Assembly (NCBI GenBank): GCA_963761335.1
Contig: CAVXGR010000004.1
Coordinates: 96,001 to 160,000, forward strand
Length of the DNA: 64,000 bases
Direction of reading: 5' to 3'
Source: an uncultured delta proteobacterium
GTDB lineage: Bacteria; Desulfobacterota; Binatia; HRBIN30; BPIQ01
The notes under the pieces were generated by a model that searched no databases, was not told the origin of the DNA, and saw only the letters and a program-made list of their open reading frames with translations. This document shows, piece by piece, positions 40,238-52,170 of this stretch. Both the position numbers and the translations under genes were made by a program. Position 1 is the stretch's first letter, and every line of letters begins with the position of its first letter.

Positions 40238-41749
40238 ATGAGTCGAATCGTGTTGCCGAGGCGCGTGAGCGCGCGCGCCATCACTCGCCGGGAGGCTCTT
40301 CGCTATGTCGGCGCCGCCGCGGGCGCGGCGGCCCTGGGGCCGTGGATCTCGGGATGCGGGGACGGGAAGAACCCGGTGCCGCTGCCGAACGCCACGGCCA
40401 CCCCGTCGCCGACCTTGCTGCCGTCTCCGACGGCGACGCCGGCGCCGCTGCAGCCCGAGGAGCTCGACATCGAGACGGTGGTCATCATCATGATGGAGAA
40501 CCGCTCCTTTGATCACTACTTCGGGTCTCTGAGCCTGGAGGAGGGGAGCGCCGTCGCCGGCTTGATGCCGGGGCTCAGCAATCCGCTGCCGGACGGCTCA
40601 CCCGTCGAGCCGTTCCCCACCGGCCTGCGCTGCATTGCCGACCCGCCGCACAGCTGGGACAGCAGCCACAGACAGGTCAACGGCGGCGCCAACGACGGCT
40701 TCGTGCGCGAGTACTACCAGAGCCTGATCGGCGACGGCTTCTCGCCGAGAACCGCAAACGAAGTGATGGGATACCAGCGGCGCGCCAACCTCCCTCTTCT
40801 CTACGCGCTCGCCGACGAGTTCGTGCTCTGCGACCAGTGGTTCGCCTCCGTGCTCGGCCCGACCTGGCCGAACCGCTTCTTCCTGCACTCCGCCCAGTCG
40901 AACGGCCGCAAGAACAACGATTTCCCCGAGGATCTGTCGACCGGGTTCACCTGGCCCACCATCTACCATCGGCTCAGCGATGCCGGCATCGAGTGGAAGG
41001 ACTACTACGGCGATCTCTCGTTCCTCCTTCTCTGGGGCAGCCTGCGTGCGACCGGACGCCTGCGCCCGATCAGCGAGTTTCTCGACGACGCCCGCAGCGG
41101 CCGGCTGCCGGCGGTGTGTCACGTCGAGCCGACGTTCGATGGCGCCGCGGCCAACGACGACCACCCGCCGCACGACGTGCTGCGCGGCGAGGCCTTTCTC
41201 TCTACCGTCCTGCACGCTCTCGCCGAAGGGCCGCAGTGGTCCCGTTCCATGGTGATCGTCACCTACGACGAGCACGGCGGCTTCTTCGATCACGTGCCGC
41301 CGCCGACGGTCGAGGACGAGCGCAGCGCCGATGGCTTCGGCCAGCTCGGCGTGCGCGTTCCCGGACTGGTGATCTCTCCCTATGCGCACCGCGGGCTCGT
41401 CTCCCCGGCGCTCTACGAGCACAGCTCGGTGCCGGCCTTTCTCGAGTGGCTGTTCGGCCTGGAGCCGCTCACCGTCCGCGATGCACAGGCGAACTTCTTC
41501 ACCGAGGCCTTCGACATCGACCGCGTCCGGCGGCAGGACCCGCGCCCCTTCCCGGACCTGCCGGTCCTCGACGTCGACCCCGACATCAGCCCCGAGTGTG
41601 TTCCCTTCACCGGCGCCTCCGTCGAGCTGGCCCAGCTCGCCGACGCCGGCGGGGTTCCGAGCTCCCTGGATCGCCGCCGCGAGAGCGCGGCGCTGCTGCG
41701 CACGCTCAATCGCGAGCTGATTCGTATGGGCGGCGCCCGCTGGCGCTGA
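40238..41749 (+). CDS. Phosphoesterase / phospholipase C family, Tat lipoprotein
   Basis: TRREAL plus ISGC, MMENRSFDHYFG, GPTWPNR, DDHP, TYDEHGGFFDHV, GVRVP. Confidence 0.92.
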   Translation: MSRIVLPRRVSARAITRREALRYVGAAAGAAALGPWISGCGDGKNPVPLPNATATPSPTLLPSPTATPAPLQPEELDIETVVIIMMENRSFDHYFGSLSLEEGSAVAGLMPGLSNPLPDGSPVEPFPTGLRCIADPPHSWDSSHRQVNGGANDGFVREYYQSLIGDGFSPRTANEVMGYQRRANLPLLYALADEFVLCDQWFASVLGPTWPNRFFLHSAQSNGRKNNDFPEDLSTGFTWPTIYHRLSDAGIEWKDYYGDLSFLLLWGSLRATGRLRPISEFLDDARSGRLPAVCHVEPTFDGAAANDDHPPHDVLRGEAFLSTVLHALAEGPQWSRSMVIVTYDEHGGFFDHVPPPTVEDERSADGFGQLGVRVPGLVISPYAHRGLVSPALYEHSSVPAFLEWLFGLEPLTVRDAQANFFTEAFDIDRVRRQDPRPFPDLPVLDVDPDISPECVPFTGASVELAQLADAGGVPSSLDRRRESAALLRTLNRELIRMGGARWR

Positions 41750-41869
41750 GCCGCCGCCGGCGAGCGCTGGATCCCGTGATTGGGTATCCACGAACTCGTC
41801 CCCGGCCATGTCGGCGTGGGCCGGGGGTCGCATCAGGTGACCGGGCAGGTGCTGCCGATCTGTTCGCGT

Positions 41870-42208
41870 TCAGATGGCGCGCAGCCCGCCCCGGAGTCTC
41901 TCCATCTCCGCTTCCAGAGCCGCGAAGGTTTCGGCGCCCTCGGTGAAGTCGCCGTCGTGGCCCATGCGCTCGAGGCGCCGGGAGAGCTCATAGAGCGCTG
42001 GAGCCGCGAAGTTGCCGGCGGATCCCTTGAGGGAATGCGCCGCCAGCTCGAGCTCCGCGCTGTCGCGTGTCGCCAGGGCCTCACGCATGTTGCCGAGCAG
42101 GCGCGGCGTTTCGCCCAGGAAGATGTCGATCAGCTCGAGGAGAAATCCTCGGTCGCCGTCGACCCGCTCCAAAACCTCTTGCACGTTAAAGACAGCGTCT
42201 GGGGTCAT
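41870..42208 (-). CDS. Hpt domain protein
   Basis: AAHSLKGSAGN. Confidence 0.9.
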   Translation of the reverse strand: MTPDAVFNVQEVLERVDGDRGFLLELIDIFLGETPRLLGNMREALATRDSAELELAAHSLKGSAGNFAAPALYELSRRLERMGHDGDFTEGAETFAALEAEMERLRGGLRAI

Positions 42209-42472
42209 TTGTCGATCCTCTCTCCCTCTCGTCCCCCGCATCCGGCGTGCCAAGGCGGAGAGCGCGCCAGAGCGGCTCGCGTCGCCGTCCTGCCCGAGGC
42301 GATGAATTGGCGTTTCCGCGAGAACGTCAGAGATGCATGCCGCCATGGATCGGATGCCGAGCCTCGCCTGCGGACGCTGATGACAGCTCAATGAACCCGG
42401 GTGAGCCTTCAAGCCGCGCAGCTGTTGGCCGCCGCGGCGCCTGAGAGTCGGCCGCGTAGCGCCGAAGTCCCG

Positions 42473-44566
42473 CTAGCCCTCGGCGGAGCCGGACCCGACG
42501 AAGCGCTCGAGGGCGCTCAGCAGCTCGTTCATCTGGATCGGCTTGGAGAGATAGGCATCCATGCCCGCCTCGAGACAACGCTCCGCGTCACCCTTCAGGG
42601 CGTGCGCGGTGAGGGCGATGATGGGAATGTGGGCGCCAGTCTCCTGCTCGCGCTTGCGAATCGCCGCGGTCGCTTCGAAGCCGTCCATCACCGGCATCTG
42701 CACGTCCATGAGGATCAGATCGAAGGAATCGCCTTCCAGGGCGGCGAGGGACTCCGCCCCGTTACCGGCGATGACGACGCTGTGGCCGCGCTTCTCGAGC
42801 ATGCGTGAGGTGAGCTTCTGGTTGACGGCGTTGTCCTCCACGAGCAAGGCCCGCAGCGCACGCCGGGGCGGGATTTGGCTCTGCGGCGCGGCGCCAGCGC
42901 TCTGGGTACCGGCCGTCTGCGTGTCGGCGGTGCACGGCGATGTCGGGGCGCAGGCGGCGCGTATGGTGAAATGGAACGTGCTGCCGTGCCCGCACTCGCT
43001 CTCGACCCAGATGCGGCCTCCCATAAGCTCGACCAGACGCGCCGAGATCGCCAGACCGAGGCCGGTGCCCCCATACCGCCGCGTCGTCGAGTTGTCGGCC
43101 TGCTCGAATACGTTGAAGATCACCCGCTGCTTTTCGCGCGGAATACCGATGCCGGTATCGCGTACCGCCACGTGCAGCATGAGCTCCGGCTCGGGGTCCG
43201 GCGCCCCGTTCGGCTGGATTTCCTCCGCCCTCGCCTCGATTGCCACCTCACCGTGCTCGGTGAACTTGATGGCGTTGCCCACCAGATTGATGATGACCTG
43301 CCGCAAGCGACGCACGTCGCCGATGAGCGCGTCTGCCACATCGGGAGCGACCTCGTAGCGCAGGCGCAGGCCCTTTTGCTCGGCGCGCACCGCCAGGGCT
43401 CGCGTGATCGCCTCCATGCTGTCGCGGATCGAGAACACAGTGGGGTCGAGGTCGAGCCGGCCGGCCTCGATTTTGGAGAAGTCGAGAATGTCGTCGATGA
43501 CGCCGAGCAAGCTGTCGGAGCCCTCCTGGATGGTGCGCGCGTAATCGCGCTGCTCGGGCGTGAGTGGGGTGCCGAGCAGCAAGTCGCTCATGCCGACGAT
43601 GGCGTTCATTGGAGTGCGGATCTCGTGACTCATGTTGGCCAGGAATTCGGACTTTGAGCGGTTGCCCGCCTCCGCGGCCTCCTTGGCGCGCTCCAGGTCG
43701 CGGTTCATCGACTGGAGCGACTCGGTGCGGGCGCGGACGCGTTCCTCCAGCTTGTGGCTGTGGTCTTCGAGCTCGGCGTGACTGCGAGCCAGGCTGAGCA
43801 CCATGGCGTTGAACGATGCCGCGAGCGCGCCCACTTCGTCGCGCGAGTTGATCGCCACTGTGGTGTTCAGCTCGCCGCGGGCGATGGTGTCGGCGGCCTT
43901 GGCGAGAACGCGCAGCGGCCGGGTGCTGGCGCGCGCCAGCAGAACGGCGCAGATCACGCCGATGAAGGTCACCAGGGCGGTCACCAGCGCGGAGGTCAGG
44001 AAGACGCGACGGCGCATCTCGCGCAGGGGGGCCGTGGAGAGGCCGATCCGGACGACTCCGACCTTCTCGGAGCCGGGTCCTGGAGCCGGCCCCGAGTCGC
44101 CGAGGAACTCGAGCTCCTCGCGCTGGGGCCGGGCACCGGTGGTCAGCACCGGCACGCAGAAGGTCCAGGTCGCGTCTCCAGCGTGCGTGGATATGTCCAC
44201 CAGCTCCTGTGGGCACGGGTCCCGGGGAACCTCTCCGACGGCGGCGAGGATTCGCCCCCGCTTGTCGGTGAAGCCACAGTACACCACATCGGTCTGACTC
44301 CGCGCCCGTTCCGTCAGTTCTCGCAGCGTAGCGATGTCGCCGCTGAGGATGCCGAGCTCGGCTTCACGCGCCAGGTATTCGGCGATCGTTTGCCCGCGTG
44401 CCGCCATCCGTCCGCGGATCTCCTCCAGGTCTCGGGTCACGAGCATCCAGCTGAGGATGATGCAGCTGACGGCGATCAGCGCCGACGTCGCCAGCGCCAG
44501 ACGAGTTGTGAACCCGAGCCAGGCGAACGCCGGGGCGGCGGCAATTCGCAGGCGCCGGGGACTCAT
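42473..44566 (-). CDS. Hybrid sensor histidine kinase/response regulator with HAMP domain
   Basis: [31 protein letters not shown], receiver LILMDVQMP. Confidence 0.95.
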   Translation of the reverse strand: MSPRRLRIAAAPAFAWLGFTTRLALATSALIAVSCIILSWMLVTRDLEEIRGRMAARGQTIAEYLAREAELGILSGDIATLRELTERARSQTDVVYCGFTDKRGRILAAVGEVPRDPCPQELVDISTHAGDATWTFCVPVLTTGARPQREELEFLGDSGPAPGPGSEKVGVVRIGLSTAPLREMRRRVFLTSALVTALVTFIGVICAVLLARASTRPLRVLAKAADTIARGELNTTVAINSRDEVGALAASFNAMVLSLARSHAELEDHSHKLEERVRARTESLQSMNRDLERAKEAAEAGNRSKSEFLANMSHEIRTPMNAIVGMSDLLLGTPLTPEQRDYARTIQEGSDSLLGVIDDILDFSKIEAGRLDLDPTVFSIRDSMEAITRALAVRAEQKGLRLRYEVAPDVADALIGDVRRLRQVIINLVGNAIKFTEHGEVAIEARAEEIQPNGAPDPEPELMLHVAVRDTGIGIPREKQRVIFNVFEQADNSTTRRYGGTGLGLAISARLVELMGGRIWVESECGHGSTFHFTIRAACAPTSPCTADTQTAGTQSAGAAPQSQIPPRRALRALLVEDNAVNQKLTSRMLEKRGHSVVIAGNGAESLAALEGDSFDLILMDVQMPVMDGFEATAAIRKREQETGAHIPIIALTAHALKGDAERCLEAGMDAYLSKPIQMNELLSALERFVGSGSAEG

Positions 44567-45501
44567 CGTACGGTCTCGGCCGCCGCCCGCAGATCGGGTG
44601 GGATTTCGATGCCGAGGTGAGCGGCGGTGCGCAGGTTCAGCGCCAGCGAAATCTTTCGCGGAGTGGCAATCGGGATCTCTGCGGCGTTTTCGCCCCGCAG
44701 CACGCGCAGGGCGATCTCCGCCGTCTGCCGTCCGATGTCGGCGTAGTCGCAGGCGAGCGCGGCGACGGCCCCGGCGCGCACGTGGGTCGCGGAAAGGCCG
44801 AATAGCGGGATGCGCCGGCGGAGAGTGGCCAAGATGATCGCCGACGCTGTCTGCGGGGTGAACACGTGGCTGTCGGCGACCGTCCACATGAGATCGACCC
44901 GGGAGAGTAGGTCATTGAGCTCGGGCAGCACCTGCATCGGCTCTTCCACCGCATCCGTCTCCAGCTTGAACCCGTACCGAGTGGCCACGCGTCGGGCGTC
45001 TTCGACGATCGAGCCGGTCTCCACCGGGTGGTACAGGACGCCGACCCGCCGGGCCCAGGGAAACAGGCGACGAAGATAGTCGAACTCGACCTCCAGCGGC
45101 ATATCCAACGACACGCCGGTCACCTGCTTGCCGCTCGTCCCGGTGAAGCCGCTCTGGCGCGGATAGAGCACCATGGAGAACACCAGGGGCTCGGCTGCTG
45201 GTTCCCTCAGGGCGGCCGCGGTAGCCAGAGACCCAACGGTGATCACCAGGCTGGGGTGGATGCGCCGGATCTCGGCCAGGACGCGCGGTATGTTCGCCTC
45301 GTCGCCCTCCAGATCTTGGATCGATTGCTCGGGGCGGAGCGGATCGCGTTCGAAGTCCTCGCTGATCGCCTGCAGCGCCTGGTCGAAGGGCGCGACGGAG
45401 CTGCTCTTGATGATGACGACGGTCGGCCTGCCGGCGGCGGAGGCAATCGTGGCCGCCAGACATCCTGTAATCACCGCCCCCATTATTCGACGCGTCTTCA
45501 C
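44563..45501 (-). CDS. ABC-type substrate-binding protein coupled to the kinase
   Basis: Signal peptide, [36 protein letters not shown]. Start uncertain (45483, 45501 or 45558). Confidence 0.85.
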   Translation of the reverse strand: MKTRRIMGAVITGCLAATIASAAGRPTVVIIKSSSVAPFDQALQAISEDFERDPLRPEQSIQDLEGDEANIPRVLAEIRRIHPSLVITVGSLATAAALREPAAEPLVFSMVLYPRQSGFTGTSGKQVTGVSLDMPLEVEFDYLRRLFPWARRVGVLYHPVETGSIVEDARRVATRYGFKLETDAVEEPMQVLPELNDLLSRVDLMWTVADSHVFTPQTASAIILATLRRRIPLFGLSATHVRAGAVAALACDYADIGRQTAEIALRVLRGENAAEIPIATPRKISLALNLRTAAHLGIEIPPDLRAAAETVR

Positions 45502-45689
45502 CGGCCCTACCAATGACCCGAGCACACGAAGAGGTAGGCGGCGGATTGGGGACCTCATGCTTCGCCGCAAATGCAGCTCCCGTACCGCGGCGGTAGCGAA
45601 TCGGTCCGAGCGAAGGGCCCGGGCGCGTGCGTTGCCGCACGCTACCAGATTGACGAGATGGCTGGATCGGCATTTTAGCGATCGCGAGC

Positions 45690-46613
45690 TCAGGTGGCTC
45701 GGCGCCGCCGAGACCTCCTGGCGGGCGCCGCGGAGGTGCCGCCGTCGAGGAGGTGGAGGAGGCGCGCCGCGAGGGTGCGCTGCGGGTCGCCTTCGCGCTC
45801 GCGCCGCAGAGAGGCGATGCCGCCCTCGATGGCCTTCTGCACCCGGGCGCGCAGGCGTAGACAGGATGCCTGGTCCTCGTGCTTGCCGGCATAGCGCGTC
45901 GTGCCGATCGGCGTCCCGAACCAGAAATAGAAGCGCTGCGGGCGGGGCAGTGGGCCGATGCCGCTGACCACCGGCGGGATCTCGTCGGCTCGCGGTGCCA
46001 GGCGCTCGAGCACCGGACCGATCGGGCTCTGGCGCATCTCGTCGCTGTCGATGAGGACATCGTAGCACTCCTCGGCGCCGACGGCGGCGAACGGCACGAT
46101 CGGATAGCGGTGCTTGATCGCCAGCGCCGCGAAGCCGATGCGGTTCTTCCAGATCAGCTGATACTGCTCGCCCTTGTGCTTGAAGACCTCGCGGCCGCCC
46201 CCGGGGAAGACGAGGATGGGCTCGCCGGCGCGCATCAGGGTCGCGCAGTTCTCGCGGGTACCGTCCACCGTGCCGAAGCGCATCAGCAGATCGCGCCACA
46301 CCGGAACGCGGAAGTGAAGGTGGTCGCCGAGCGAGCGCACGATCACGCCGCGCCGGTCGTAGAGGCCGAGCACCATCAGCGGCACGTCGAGGACGCCCAT
46401 GAGCGTATGGTTGCCGACCAGCAGGAAAGGGCGGTCCGCCGGCACGCGCTCGGCGCCGCGGAACACCGGCGCCGTCAGCCACTGCCAGGGCTCGAGCAGA
46501 AGCTTGGCGGCGGCGATGTCGGCCGCCGTGGGGCGATGACCGAGCGGGGTCCCCGAGCGCGCCGCGGGCGGCGCCTGTCGCGGCGGGCGTTTGCGTGGCT
46601 TCGGTGAGCTCAT
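45690..46613 (-). CDS. Lysophospholipid/diacylglycerol acyltransferase family
   Basis: LLVGNHT...D, LVFPGGGREV, PIVPFAAVG. Confidence 0.9.
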   Translation of the reverse strand: MSSPKPRKRPPRQAPPAARSGTPLGHRPTAADIAAAKLLLEPWQWLTAPVFRGAERVPADRPFLLVGNHTLMGVLDVPLMVLGLYDRRGVIVRSLGDHLHFRVPVWRDLLMRFGTVDGTRENCATLMRAGEPILVFPGGGREVFKHKGEQYQLIWKNRIGFAALAIKHRYPIVPFAAVGAEECYDVLIDSDEMRQSPIGPVLERLAPRADEIPPVVSGIGPLPRPQRFYFWFGTPIGTTRYAGKHEDQASCLRLRARVQKAIEGGIASLRREREGDPQRTLAARLLHLLDGGTSAAPARRSRRRRAT

Positions 46614-46631
46614 GCCGACGAGACCCCGCGG

Positions 46632-48773
<2,142 letters not shown>

Positions 48774-48889
48774 GCAACCTCCACGATTACTCGCGGCCGG
48801 GCTGCGGCTCAAGGGCGGAGGAGGAACGGGGGCGCCCCCGTTCCTCCTCCGCCCTTGGCCCTCGCTCCGCCCCGGTATATTGGAGGCAC

Positions 48890-49510
48890 GTGGACCCGGA
48901 CTGGTTAGGGTGGGCGAAGCGCCTGCAGGCGATCGCCCAGAACGGCCTCACTTTCTCGCGCGATCCGTTCGACGTGCAGCGCTACACTCTGGTGCGGGAT
49001 CTCGCCGCGGAGATCATGGCGCACGGTTCGGGCACGGAGATCCTGCAGATTCGCGAGCTGTTCGCCGAGCAGGTTGGCTATGCGACGCCGAAGGTCGACG
49101 TGCGCGGCGTGGTCTTCCGCGACCAGCGCATCCTGCTGGTGCGCGAGCGACTCGACGGCGGCTGGACCCTTCCCGGCGGCTGGGTGGATGTGTGCGAGTC
49201 GCCGAGCGAGAGCGTGGCACGCGAGATTCGCGAGGAGTCCGGTTATCTGGCGCGCCCCCTCAAGCTCCTGGCGGTGTACGACCGCAGCAAGCACCCGCAC
49301 GTGCCGCCGCTCCCCTTCCACATCTACAAGCTGTTCTTCCTCTGTGAGCTGCTCGGCGGCGAGGCCAGCCCCAGTCTCGAGACCAGCGACGTCGGCTTCT
49401 TCGCCGAGGACGAGATTCCGCCGCTGTCGATCTCGCGTACCACCGAGGCGCAGCTGGTGCGCATGTTCGCCCACCTCCGCCACCCGCACTGGCCCGCCGA
49501 TTTCGACTAG
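48890..49510 (+). CDS. Nudix hydrolase with N-terminal extension (YjhB-like)
   Basis: [35 protein letters not shown]. Confidence 0.92.
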   Translation: MDPDWLGWAKRLQAIAQNGLTFSRDPFDVQRYTLVRDLAAEIMAHGSGTEILQIRELFAEQVGYATPKVDVRGVVFRDQRILLVRERLDGGWTLPGGWVDVCESPSESVAREIREESGYLARPLKLLAVYDRSKHPHVPPLPFHIYKLFFLCELLGGEASPSLETSDVGFFAEDEIPPLSISRTTEAQLVRMFAHLRHPHWPADFD

Positions 49511-49517
49511 CCGGGAG

Positions 49518-50030
49518 ACTTTGGCCCGCGGGCCGGCGGAAGCGTCTTGCCCGGGTCGTGGGAGAGCGTAGAAGCGCCGTCCCGGCGCTTTCTGAAGCGG
49601 CGAGACGCCGCTTCTACTTTGCCCGCAGGCCGGCGGAAGCGTCTTGCCCGGGTCGTGGGAGAGCGTAGAAGCGCCGTCCCGGCGCTTTCCGAAGCGGCGA
49701 GACGCCGCTTCTACTTTGCCCGCAGGCCGGCGGAAGCGTCTTGCCCGGGTCGTGGGAGAGCGTAGAAGCGCCGTCCCGGCGCTTTCCGAAGCGGCGAGAC
49801 GCCGCTTCTACTTTGCCCGCAGGCCGGCGGAAGCGTCTTGCCCGGGTCGTGGGAGAGCGTAGAAGCGCCGTCCCGGCGCTTTCCGAAGCGGCGAGACGCC
49901 GCTTCTACTTTGCCCGCGGGCCGGCGGAAGTGTCTTGCCCGGGTCGTGGGAGAGCGTAGAAGCGCCAAGCGCCGTCCCGGCGCTTTCCGAAGCGGCGAGA
50001 CGCCGCTTCTACTTTGCCCGCAGGCCGGCG
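49518..50030. repeat. 97-bp tandem array of REP doublets (about 5.3 units)
   Basis: Near-identical units. Each has GTAGAAGCGCCGTCCCGGCGCTTT and the inverted GAAGCGGCGAGACGCCGCTTCTAC. Confidence 0.92.
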
Positions 50031-50093
50031 TCCCGCGGTTTGCAGCGTCCTCGCCATGGACGTATGAGGTCGGTTTCGATGATGGAGGTGCGC

Positions 50094-50972
50094 ATGGCAG
50101 GAAGACTCGAGGGCAAGGTAGCACTGGTCACCGGCGGCGCCAGCGGTATCGGTCGCGCCACGGCGTTGCGCTTTCTCGACGAGGGCGCGCGGGTGGTGAT
50201 CGCCGACATGAATCAGCAGACGGCCTCGGAGACTCTGGACCTGGCCGCTCAGGCGAACGCCGCCGAGCGGATCCGCTTCCTGCGGACCGACGTGTCTCGG
50301 GAGGAGGAGGTGGAGGCGGCGGTGCGGCTCGCGGTATCGGCGTTCGGCCGCCTCGACTGCGTCTTCAACAACGCCGGCGTCGCCGGCGCCTTCGGCCCGA
50401 TCACGCACGTCTCGGCGGAGGACTGGGACTACACCTTCGCGGTGCTGGTGCGCGGTGTCTTCCTCGGCATCAAGCACGGCGCCCGCGTCATGAAGCGGCA
50501 GGGGCAGGGCGGCTCGATCATCAACATCGCCTCGGTTGCCGGCCTGAGCGGCGGCGATGGGCCACAGGCGTATTCGGCGGCGAAGGCGGCGGTGATCAAC
50601 CTGACCCGTGCCGTCGCCATCGAGCTGGCTGCGTCGCGCATCCGCGTGAACGCCATCTGCCCCGGTGGCATCCTCACGCCGCTGCTGCATCGCGGCAGCC
50701 CGGAGGCGATGGAGGCCGTGCTGGCGCAGGCGCAGCCCTGGCCCGAGGCCGGTCGCCCGGAGCATATCGCCGGCGCGGCTCTCTTCCTCGCCAGCGAGGA
50801 CGCGGGCTTCGTGACCGGCAGCGCCCTGGTCGTCGACGGCGGTCTGACGGCGACCGGAGGCAACGCCATGCGCATCCTCGGTCAGACGGACGCGCTCATG
50901 CTCGCCACCGGCGTGGATCGCGGCACCACCGGCGAGGAGGGCCGCGCCGAGATGGTCGAGCCCGAGAAGTAG
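50094..50972 (+). CDS. Short-chain dehydrogenase/reductase
   Basis: TGGASGIG, NNAG, YSAAK, VDGG. Confidence 0.94.
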   Translation: MAGRLEGKVALVTGGASGIGRATALRFLDEGARVVIADMNQQTASETLDLAAQANAAERIRFLRTDVSREEEVEAAVRLAVSAFGRLDCVFNNAGVAGAFGPITHVSAEDWDYTFAVLVRGVFLGIKHGARVMKRQGQGGSIINIASVAGLSGGDGPQAYSAAKAAVINLTRAVAIELAASRIRVNAICPGGILTPLLHRGSPEAMEAVLAQAQPWPEAGRPEHIAGAALFLASEDAGFVTGSALVVDGGLTATGGNAMRILGQTDALMLATGVDRGTTGEEGRAEMVEPEK

Positions 50973-51043
50973 AGCCGGGAGCGCGGCCATCCTGGCCGCC
51001 TCTGCTCTTTGAGACCATCGGCCGGGACGGCCGCGCTCCGGGC

Positions 51044-51973
51044 TCAAGACCGGGCGGTGGCCGGGCGGGTGGTCACGTAGACGCCGAGCAGCACGGCGGC
51101 GCCGCCGATTGCCTGCGGCAGCTCGAAGGACTCGCCGAGGAGCACCGTGGCCAGGCCCGCGGTGAGCACGGGGACGAGATAGACGAACACCACCGTGCGG
51201 CCGACACCGAAGGTCCGCACACCGCCGAGGAAGAACTGCCCGGCCAGCACCGAGGAGAAGACGGCCAACACCAGAAGCGCGCCGATGGCGACGCTGCTCG
51301 CCCCGCTGATCTGCTGCCAGGGCGCTTCGCCGGCGCCGAGCAGTCCGAGAGCGACACCGCCGAGGCCATAGACGACGAAGTTGATGAACGACGAAGGCAG
51401 GTGCGTCACCGTTCCCCGCGACGCCAGGTTGAAGGTCGCCCAGGTGAGCGCGCCGGCAACGGCGAAGAGGTCCCCGGAGTGAAGAGAGATCTCGGCCAGA
51501 TGCCGCACCTGGCCGTGGGTGATGACCGTCACCGCTCCCGCCAGCGCCAGGCCGACGCCGCCCAACCGCCGCGCCGTCAGCCGCTCGCCGACGATCGGCG
51601 CCAGCAGCACGGTGAAGACCGGGTTGAGGGCGACGAGCAGGGCGGTATTGGTGGCGCTGGTGCGCGACAGAGCCGAGAAGAAGAGGAACGGGTAGAGAAC
51701 GCCGCCGCAGGCGGTCATGAGCGCCAGCGGCGCGATGACGGGGCGGGCTCTGGCGAGGTTGCCGCGGCGCGCCGCAAAGGGGAGGAGCACCAGCGCCGCG
51801 ATGCCGTAGCGGCAGCTCGCGGCGACCAGGGGCGTCATCTCGGCGAGCACCAGCTTGCCGGCGATGAATGCGGCCGCCCAACAGAGAGTCGCCGACACCA
51901 GTCCGGCGTAGGCCAGCGCCTCCGACTCGAAGGGCTTCACGGCGGCGGCAGTGGTGGCGGTGCTGGCGCTCAT
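51044..51973 (-). CDS. DMT/EamA family transporter
   Basis: About 10 TM segments, TSATNTALL, YLVPV...LLGE. Confidence 0.9.
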   Translation of the reverse strand: MSASTATTAAAVKPFESEALAYAGLVSATLCWAAAFIAGKLVLAEMTPLVAASCRYGIAALVLLPFAARRGNLARARPVIAPLALMTACGGVLYPFLFFSALSRTSATNTALLVALNPVFTVLLAPIVGERLTARRLGGVGLALAGAVTVITHGQVRHLAEISLHSGDLFAVAGALTWATFNLASRGTVTHLPSSFINFVVYGLGGVALGLLGAGEAPWQQISGASSVAIGALLVLAVFSSVLAGQFFLGGVRTFGVGRTVVFVYLVPVLTAGLATVLLGESFELPQAIGGAAVLLGVYVTTRPATARS

Positions 51974-52027
51974 CGCTGCTGATTATCACCGCCAAGGGCG
52001 GGCGGGGAGAGGGAGTCTACGAGGGTG

Positions 52028-52170
52028 GAGAAGAGAAAAGTAAAATGAAGAACCGGTGACCGGTGACGTAAAACGGCGAGCCGCGCGCTGACCGGACGCC
52101 GCAAGCGAAACGGTTGCCCGGTTCTCCATCGCCGGTCACCGGTTCTTCATTCTACATTTTCTCTTCTTCC
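52028..52170. repeat. Palindromic dispersed element family B, copy 1
   Basis: AAGAGAAAAGTAAAATGAAGAACCGGTGACCGG ... CCGGTCACCGGTTCTTCATTCTACATTTTCTCTT. Confidence 0.85.

Noticed and set aside
49518..50030. CRISPR array
   Set aside because: The units are near-identical over their whole 97 bp with no unique spacers, and there are no cas genes.
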